A stretch of DNA of 32,000 nucleotides from assembly GCF_000446015.1 (NCBI RefSeq), contig NC_022093.1, forward strand, positions 180,001 to 212,000, read 5' to 3'. Position numbers and translations under genes: made by a program. The notes below the pieces were generated by a model. The model did not search any database, had not been told where the DNA came from, and was given only the letters and a program-made list of their open reading frames with translations. Of this stretch, positions 26,374 to 32,000 are shown one piece after another. The number at the start of each line of letters is the position of its first letter. Position 1 is the first letter of the stretch. This DNA comes from Thermofilum adornatum (GTDB lineage Archaea > Thermoproteota > Thermoprotei > Thermofilales > Thermofilaceae).

Positions 26374-26916
26374 CTACTTCGCCTGGGGCCTCGACTCCTG
26401 TCTCTTCTTTGTTTCTGCCTTTTTCTTAGCAATTGGATATGCAAATATGCACTGGCCGTCTTCCTGCTTTGCTGGCATTTCTCCTCTCTCCATGTCGTAT
26501 CTCTCCTTTAGCTTGAGCAGACCTAGCCCTTCTAGGTAGCCCTTAACGAAGCCTATTAATGGGCATGCAGTCAAAGGCGACTCCAGCCCACCCGTGTCCC
26601 TCGGGCATATCCTGCAAGACTCCCTGTCAAGCCTCACCTCCACGCTACCCCCTCTCTGCTCGACCACTAGCTCGTCTGTAAAGCCCATTAAGTCGTTGAG
26701 GAACTGTAATGCCTCCTCTGCGCTCTCAAAGCTCAGCCCGTGGACCGAGACGTACTCAGCCATACAGCGGCCAGTATGCTCCGAGGCCTCCCTTAACACG
26801 TTTAGACCTAGTACACCTGTTTCCATTAGCCTTGCCAGCATACATGCAATATACACGTGGTACGCGTTTGCATTTACCTTTAAGGCCCTCTCAACGTCCC
26901 ACGCCATCTTCATCAC
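26374..26916 (-). CDS. V4R (4-vinyl reductase-like) domain protein with a basic C-terminal tail
   Basis: 180 aa ORF. ESCRICPRDTGGLESPLTACPLIGFVKGYLEGLG resembles the CxxC...C.P..G...G core of V4R domains. The K/R-rich tail is KKKAETKKRQESRPQAK. Confidence 0.65.
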   Translation of the reverse strand: MMKMAWDVERALKVNANAYHVYIACMLARLMETGVLGLNVLREASEHTGRCMAEYVSVHGLSFESAEEALQFLNDLMGFTDELVVEQRGGSVEVRLDRESCRICPRDTGGLESPLTACPLIGFVKGYLEGLGLLKLKERYDMERGEMPAKQEDGQCIFAYPIAKKKAETKKRQESRPQAK

Positions 26917-26948
26917 GGGGCAACAAACGAGGAGGACGCCTTATAAGG

Positions 26949-26966
26949 AATTTAGTTCAATTTTTC
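26949..26966 (-). promoter_or_regulatory. Shared promoter-proximal motif copy B (GAAAAATTGAACTAAATT on the reverse strand)
   Basis: Exact reverse complement of 19106-19123. It abuts the CCTTATAAGG box (26939-48), and the V4R start at 26916 is 22 nt downstream. Confidence 0.6.
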
Positions 26967-27178
26967 CCCGGTTTCTTCCCAGAGAAAGCTTTAAGAATTG
27001 TATGTACTCATTAGCTTTGCGTGGTAGTGGCTCCGGGGATATCCTTGCCTTTGGCCTTTTTTCCATCCTGACGTCTTCCTGTATGGGTGGAGCCCTTGCC
27101 GGGGAGGGGCTGGCGAAGGGTGGCAGGGGACCTGTGCAGTTTTGCATCTACAAAACAGTCCCAAGCGTCGCGCCAAAA

Positions 27179-27255
27179 ACCCAGGGAAAAATCCCGGCAA
27201 AAAACACCCGGCAAAAACAACAATCCCCCCGGCCAAAACCCCGGCCGCAAAAACC
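27179..27255. repeat. Five degenerate tandem units of CCC(G/A)GG(C)-A4-6
   Basis: The units are cccagggaaaaat / cccggcaaaaaaca / cccggcaaaaacaacaat / ccccccggccaaaa / ccccggccgcaaaaacc, within an A+C-rich, stop-free stretch. Confidence 0.7.
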
Positions 27256-27433
27256 ATTTAACAAGCAAATCTTCAACACAACATTTCAAAAAGCCTAGCG
27301 AAACATGGATCAGCCCAATGTCTCTACAACCACAGGGGATAGCCACACAGCCCTCCATGCGGAACCATGGACAAAAATACGTGAGCATATTTATTTAGCC
27401 ACGTTACAATATATTGGGAGAAAGTGGATCGGC

Positions 27434-28426
27434 ATGGAGGCTAGAGCCAGGCAGGAAAAATATATACCGATGAGGCTGGTAACGAGGGAAGAGTACCTAG
27501 AATACATCAAGACACATAGAACCGTACGCATAGAGGACGAGGAGATCCCCATTGGGAAACCCCACAGGATCGAGAAGTACGCGCCAGACGACTCCGCCCT
27601 CGAGACCACGACCGTGTGGTCCTTCCCGGACAGGGGCGACTGGGCAACGCACAGGGGCGACTATAGGGGGAACTGGGCCCCACAGATACCGAGAAACCTC
27701 ATACTTAGATACAGCAGGCCCGGGGAGACAGTCCTCGACCAGATGTGTGGAAGCGGGACAACACTAGTCGAAAGCAAGCTCCTTGGGAGAAACGCCATAG
27801 GCGTAGACATAAACTACGAGGCAGTCATGCTCACCATGGACCGTCTCAACTTCAGCTATAGGCCCCTCGACCCAGACTACAGGGAGCCAGAGATAAGGGT
27901 CTATCATGGCGACGCCCGGAACCTGAACCTCATCGAAGATGAATCCATAGACCTTATAGCGACTCATCCTCCCTACGCAAACATAATCTCGTACTCTAAA
28001 GCCAAGAGAATTGAGGGAGACCTATCACAAGTCTACAGCCTGGAGGAGTACCTGCAGGGAATAAGGGAAGTAGCCAAGGAGAGCTTCAGAGTCCTGAAGC
28101 CCGGCAGGTACTGCGCGATACTCATAGGCGACACCAGGAGGCACAGGCACTACGTACCCATAGCATTCAGAGTCATGCAACAGTTTCTCGAGGTTGGATT
28201 CATACTGAGGGAAGACATCATCAAGATACAGTGGAACACAAAGACAACCGAAAAGAAGTGGGCCCGGCTAGCGAAGACAAGCGAAGAAAACTGGATAGAC
28301 AAGCCAGAAAACAAAAAACACTGGACAGACTTCTACCTAATAGCACATGAGCACTTATTCGTTTTTAGAAAGCCAGCCGAAGGCGAGGACATAGAAAAGT
28401 ACAGAGACAGCATGAAGTGGTGGTGA
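27434..28426 (+). CDS. Type II DNA methyltransferase (N6-adenine or N4-cytosine), motif I before motif IV
   Basis: The ORF track gives 27305..28426. The first 43 codons lie in the stop-free low-complexity region, so I prefer the ATG at 27434 (an ATATTTATTTA box lies about 40 nt upstream). It has the SAM motif VLDQMCGSGTT and the catalytic-type motif DLIATHPPY. Its end overlaps the endonuclease start by 10 nt. Confidence 0.85.
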   Translation: MEARARQEKYIPMRLVTREEYLEYIKTHRTVRIEDEEIPIGKPHRIEKYAPDDSALETTTVWSFPDRGDWATHRGDYRGNWAPQIPRNLILRYSRPGETVLDQMCGSGTTLVESKLLGRNAIGVDINYEAVMLTMDRLNFSYRPLDPDYREPEIRVYHGDARNLNLIEDESIDLIATHPPYANIISYSKAKRIEGDLSQVYSLEEYLQGIREVAKESFRVLKPGRYCAILIGDTRRHRHYVPIAFRVMQQFLEVGFILREDIIKIQWNTKTTEKKWARLAKTSEENWIDKPENKKHWTDFYLIAHEHLFVFRKPAEGEDIEKYRDSMKWW

Positions 28427-29331
28427 AACTGGTAAGATACCAGCTCCTAGGCTTCAATACAGAGGAAGAGTATCTAAAGCATTTCCTAGACACACTCCTC
28501 GAGACAAACTGGACATACGAATACTTCGTGGACTGGGACAAGGTCAGAAGCAACGTAAAGAGCTATGTCAAGGAAATCTGCCTCCTAAACGCCTTGACAA
28601 AGATAGAAAAAGAGAAAAGAGAAAGCGAGCTCAAAGATATATTCCTAAGATACCCCGAAACAATCAAGGTCATACCCCTACTTATCGCTGTCCGAGAAAA
28701 CAGCATACCCATCCTAGAGATAAGCGAAAAAGCCATCTACAAAGTATTTGACTTTAAAGAACGCAAGCTAAGCCCCAAAGAAGCCGAGGAGCTCGTCCAC
28801 TTCTGCAGGAACATAGGCATCTTAGACCTTTTCGCGGAAATAAGTGACCTATACGCCTACCTACTAGGAGTAGAAGTCGGACTAGACACAAATGCGCGAA
28901 AAAACCGTAGCGGGAAGATATTCGAGAACTTGGTCGAGTTGCTACTAAATAGGAAACTAGCAGGAATCAAAGACCTTAGGATTAAAAAGAACGACAAGAG
29001 CGTTAAAATTTCTAGGAGCAAGAACGCTGACTTTGTCATATACTATAAGGGAGAACCCAAAGTAATCATCGAATGCAGTTTTTACAGCGAAACAGGAAGC
29101 AAACCCATCGAAACGGCAAACTCATACATAGACCTACAAAAGAAAATCCAACAAAAGAACATATACTTCATCTGGATAACCGACGGCAGGGCATGGAAAT
29201 CAATGGAAAACACAATCAACCAAGTCGCCAAGGAAATCGACTTCCTATTGAACTACAACATTGCCAGCGAAAAAATAGACAAGCTAATCGAGCACATTTT
29301 ATCTGACAAGAACAATTCTCGACAGCCCTAG
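28417..29331 (+). CDS. DpnII/MboI-family type II restriction endonuclease (probably GATC-specific)
   Basis: 304 aa ORF with a GTG start. The blocks YPETIKVIPLLIAVR, GVEVGLDTNARKNRSG, SFYSETGSKPIETANSY and WITDGRAW match my recollection of conserved DpnII blocks. Confidence 0.85.
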   Translation: MVVKLVRYQLLGFNTEEEYLKHFLDTLLETNWTYEYFVDWDKVRSNVKSYVKEICLLNALTKIEKEKRESELKDIFLRYPETIKVIPLLIAVRENSIPILEISEKAIYKVFDFKERKLSPKEAEELVHFCRNIGILDLFAEISDLYAYLLGVEVGLDTNARKNRSGKIFENLVELLLNRKLAGIKDLRIKKNDKSVKISRSKNADFVIYYKGEPKVIIECSFYSETGSKPIETANSYIDLQKKIQQKNIYFIWITDGRAWKSMENTINQVAKEIDFLLNYNIASEKIDKLIEHILSDKNNSRQP

Positions 29332-30071
29332 CCAAGCCAACCGGCCGGAATCCCCCGCTGCTCGTCCACCACGCGCTGGCCAGCCTTGTCCACTACGCCA
29401 AGGACATAGCTCCAAGCCCTAGACACCCTCTCCCTCACGCCCTGCCCCGCCAAGGACTGCGGCACAAACACCCTCCCAATGCTCGCCCGCGAAAAAAGCC
29501 ACGCAGAAAAGAATCCCTCGCCAAGCCCCTCGACCATTGTCCTCGAGGGAGCCTCTCCAAACAGCCAGTATAGGTCCCGGGCAAAGTTGCCCGCAATGTT
29601 CCTCAGCAGGTCCCTCTCCAGCTCCGGGAAGACGCTTGGCCCAAGCCTCTCAGCAACGTATTTCGGGAAGCTTCCGCCTTCCGGAACAAAATACGCGCCA
29701 CTGGCAGACATAAGGTAAGCCTCAGACCCCAAAATTATGGACGGATCCCCAGCCAGGTACACGGCAGACGCCACAGTGAAAGAGTGGTAAATGCTCTTGA
29801 GTAGCCGGGCGTAGGCCTCCTCCAGGCTTTCAACATAGATCCTGCCCTCTGCAACGAGAGACTTGACCTCGTCGTCCTCAAAGTACCCCTGCAACACGAC
29901 CCTGCCGTCTATGGAGAAAGCTGGCACACCGAATACGCCCTTCTCTAGGGCATGGAAGGGGGCCTTCTCGACATTTAGAAAATTTATCCGGCCCAGCAGT
30001 CCCTCCGCCTTTAAGATTGTGTACACGTGGTATGACTCAGAGCACCTTGGGTGAACATATACTTCAAGCAT
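29328..30071 (-). CDS. Thioredoxin-fold protein (monothiol CSES instead of CxxC) with an unknown C-terminal domain
   Basis: The ORF track gives 29328..30143, but I prefer the ATG at 30071 (MLEVYVHPRCSESY...), which has a GATTTATTCC box about 35 nt upstream. GVPAF (cis-Pro loop) and the beta-alpha-beta layout suggest a glutaredoxin/thioredoxin fold. Confidence 0.6.
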   Translation of the reverse strand: MLEVYVHPRCSESYHVYTILKAEGLLGRINFLNVEKAPFHALEKGVFGVPAFSIDGRVVLQGYFEDDEVKSLVAEGRIYVESLEEAYARLLKSIYHSFTVASAVYLAGDPSIILGSEAYLMSASGAYFVPEGGSFPKYVAERLGPSVFPELERDLLRNIAGNFARDLYWLFGEAPSRTMVEGLGEGFFSAWLFSRASIGRVFVPQSLAGQGVRERVSRAWSYVLGVVDKAGQRVVDEQRGIPAGWLG

Positions 30072-30419
30072 ACATAAGGCAGATAAGTTGAGGAATAAAT
30101 CTGTTTCGCGTGCGGGGAAAATGTGCATTGAACAAAGGAGCAATTAGGAAGGTCACATAGTTTGATGCACAACACGGCTAGGTCTAGAAGCACCACTTAA
30201 AGACACAAGGAACCAATATAGATGGGTTAAACCATGCAACCGCCCCTGCGAATAGATGAACCGGAGTGTGGGTATGGGAAATGGAGCGCTAGCGGGAGCA
30301 TAGATAATAAATATGGTGTAGATAACTTATCTCGCAATTGAGAAGGTACCCAAGAGAATGGTTTAGAAATTTGCTTCGACTTTTGGTCTTTGTTGGAGAA
30401 CTCAACGAACTGGAGCAAA

Positions 30420-30903
30420 ATTATCCTTGTCCAGGAGCTTTTCCAATGTGTTGGTAAATTTTCTTCCTTTATTTAGCTATTTTAAATTATGTGTTATGTT
30501 ATAATTCTTCTGTAATTCGTATTACGGATTACAGTATACGATTTATGATATCTGTCGTATGAGTTTTGTGTTACGGGTTCTCCGTTACTGACTTTCTCAC
30601 CTTGTTTTGATATTCATTGAGGGTTATGTTTTGTTCGCTCCATTTGTAAAATTACTTTTGTTATTTAAAAGGCTAACATTTAAGATAAAAGGAGGCTTCG
30701 TTATTTTAAACAATACGTTTATTTAAACATGTAAGGTTTTTTGGAAACGTTATTTTTAAAAAGAAGAGTGTTATAATAATCTTTGAGCCTTTTTTTGATT
30801 TTAATGCCTATGTGTCTTGGATTAGTTAAACATTTATGTAGCTAATTATGTAATAATTTTTGTGATGAATCCTGAGGCATTAATGAATGCTTTGAGGGAA
30901 TAA
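30420..30903. other. AT-rich non-coding region marking a composition boundary
   Basis: About 480 bp without a credible ORF, very A/T-rich. It contains four copies of a (C/T)GTT(T)ATTT(T)AAA motif at 30657-30762. Confidence 0.7.
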
Positions 30904-31335
30904 GTGGAGAAGGTAGATGAGACTCAGATCCCCTTTGAGATAGTCAATATGATGTCCATTCTTAGGGAGATTTCTAGAGCGACGGAGCCTAGACAACTCA
31001 TTGTCAACTTAGTTGAAATGAATGAATATACGGAAAGGTTGTTTAAGATCTGGATAGAGGGTGAGGAGTATGGTGAGAATGATTTTATTGTCCGTTTTAA
31101 GTACATAGGCAGGGTAGCAGAGTTAGATTGGGATCTTTTTCGTAAAGAGGGACAAGTTGTTTATCATTACAAGGATGAAGGTGAAAGGACTATTATTGAG
31201 ATTTCTGGAAGTCTGGACGAAGTGCGGAGATATGTTGTCGCCATTTTGTACTTTCTTGTTCGTTCCTTGAACTTTGTACATTTTTATGACCGCGAAAAAG
31301 CGGTTATGTTGAGTCGTTTGGTTTGGGAAAAATAG
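30904..31335 (+). CDS. Hypothetical protein with atypical codon style
   Basis: 143 aa ORF with a GTG start. T/G-ending codons dominate, unlike the C/G-ending preference of the genes to the left. No motif recognised. Confidence 0.55.
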   Translation: MEKVDETQIPFEIVNMMSILREISRATEPRQLIVNLVEMNEYTERLFKIWIEGEEYGENDFIVRFKYIGRVAELDWDLFRKEGQVVYHYKDEGERTIIEISGSLDEVRRYVVAILYFLVRSLNFVHFYDREKAVMLSRLVWEK

Positions 31336-31687
31336 TTTTTCTTCATACCAGGTGTTTCCGGTATAGCGCGCGCTAATTCTGCTCGACATGCCTGGGTTGG
31401 CGTGTTTTGCTTTGAATATTTCGGGGTCATTATTTGTTGTTGAATTTATGGGAGAAAGGGTGAGACTTAGCTACGGGCCTGGTGAGCCGGACTAGATTGT
31501 TGTATACTCTGGGAACTCGACAGTGGTAGATGTAGGGAAGAAGTGGAAGGTTAAGTCTTAAAGTATTTTTCTTTTTGGGCTTTAGGGCTTGGATAAATTA
31601 AAAACATTTTCTTGTTTTGTTTATGTTTTTTGATTATCTTGTTGGGGAAAGCAAAAAATTTATAGTTGTTTTTGTTATGCTGTAGTT

Positions 31688-32000
31688 GTGAGCGGTGAGG
31701 AAAAGGAGACTATTCCGGAGGAGTGGCTTGATAAGTTTATTAGCGAGATGATCGAGGGCGATGAGGCTTTAAAGACAATGTCTGAGCGTTTCAAGATTAC
31801 AAGGAACCTAGGGGAGGCGCTTGATTTTGCTGTTTCTCTGCTTGACAAGTATACTGCTGTTTCGATTAGTGGTTTTCCCCGGGAGGTTATCGTTGTTAGG
31901 CTTTGGGTTGTCGAGGCTAGGCGGACTAGCGGGGAGGAGGTTGTGAGGAGCAACCGTGATATTGGGTACTATGTTGTTTACCGGTACGGTATGCCTTGGG
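31688..32000 (+). CDS. Hypothetical protein, 5' part (runs off the right edge)
   Basis: Absent from the ORF track because it has no stop in the window. GTG at 31688 gives VSGEEKETIPEEWLDKFISEMIEGDEALKTMSERFKITRNLGEALDFAVSLLDKYTAV..., open to 32000. The opposite-strand track ORF 31675..31953 is S/T-rich low complexity and looks like its shadow. Confidence 0.5.
   Translation, partial: MSGEEKETIPEEWLDKFISEMIEGDEALKTMSERFKITRNLGEALDFAVSLLDKYTAVSISGFPREVIVVRLWVVEARRTSGEEVVRSNRDIGYYVVYRYGMPW

Noticed and set aside
26594-27398. Six overlapping ORFs on both strands across the V4R/methyltransferase spacer (26594..27298, 26709..27014, 26941..27147, 26991..27257, 27011..27388, 27087..27398)
   Set aside because: They are mutually exclusive, P/G/R/K/Q-rich and low in complexity. 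They arise because the skewed composition removes stop codons. The region is treated as non-coding (see finding).
30420-30903. Chromosomal replication origin (oriC)
   Set aside because: The region is AT-rich with repeats, but there is only one weak GGAAAC-type element, no inverted ORB pairs and no orc1/cdc6 gene adjacent. An element-borne origin or promoter region remains possible and is reported as such.
31675-31953. 92-aa reverse-strand track ORF
   Set aside because: It is an S/T/L-rich low-complexity translation. The opposite (+) frame over the same bases is open to the window edge and reads like a normal globular protein, so the + frame is called instead.
1-32000. CRISPR arrays, rRNA genes, IS elements or transposases
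   Set aside because: I saw no regularly spaced direct repeats of 24-40 nt, no rRNA-like conserved stretches, and no transposase/integrase-like ORFs or terminal inverted repeats on reading through both strands.

Overview
This is an archaeal chromosomal segment, most likely from a hyperthermophilic crenarchaeon (Thermoproteota, Desulfurococcales-like). The evidence is leaderless genes with TATA-like boxes about 20-35 nt upstream of start codons, class III (type IV pilin) signal peptides, a PaREP1-family gene, a tRNA-Gln with the archaeal A1-U72 pair, and C/D box sRNA-like loci. Positions 1-15.2 kb are mostly housekeeping or conserved genes: aminotransferase, VapBC, CYTH, TrxB, AmmeMemoRadiSam radical SAM enzyme, a PTP-HD fusion, TldD/PmbA, FdhE-like and DUF89. 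Positions 15.3-19.5 kb form a small accessory patch: HepT/MNT, a decayed archaeal ATPase pseudogene, PaREP1, a TIGR00725/Roadblock-like pair, a C/D box sRNA candidate and an orphan VapB-like antitoxin. Positions 19.5-24.4 kb hold an APC permease, two mosaic pilin paralogues (one damaged) separated by about 1 kb of unexplained non-coding DNA containing a second C/D sRNA candidate, tRNA-Gln(UUG), and a third pilin-like gene. Positions 24.5-26.9 kb carry the most interesting locus: a same-strand cluster of a V4R-domain protein, two protoglobin-like proteins that appear to lack the proximal His, and a Roadblock/LC7 protein. Two of its promoters share a 17-18 nt motif with a third promoter 6 kb away. 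Positions 27.3-29.3 kb are a type II R-M pair (DpnII/MboI-family endonuclease plus a methyltransferase with an HPPY motif). From about 30.4 kb to the end, composition and codon style change sharply (AT-rich, G+T-skewed), which suggests foreign DNA. No CRISPR array, rRNA or recognisable transposase was seen. All family assignments come from motif recognition by eye and need HMM or structure confirmation.
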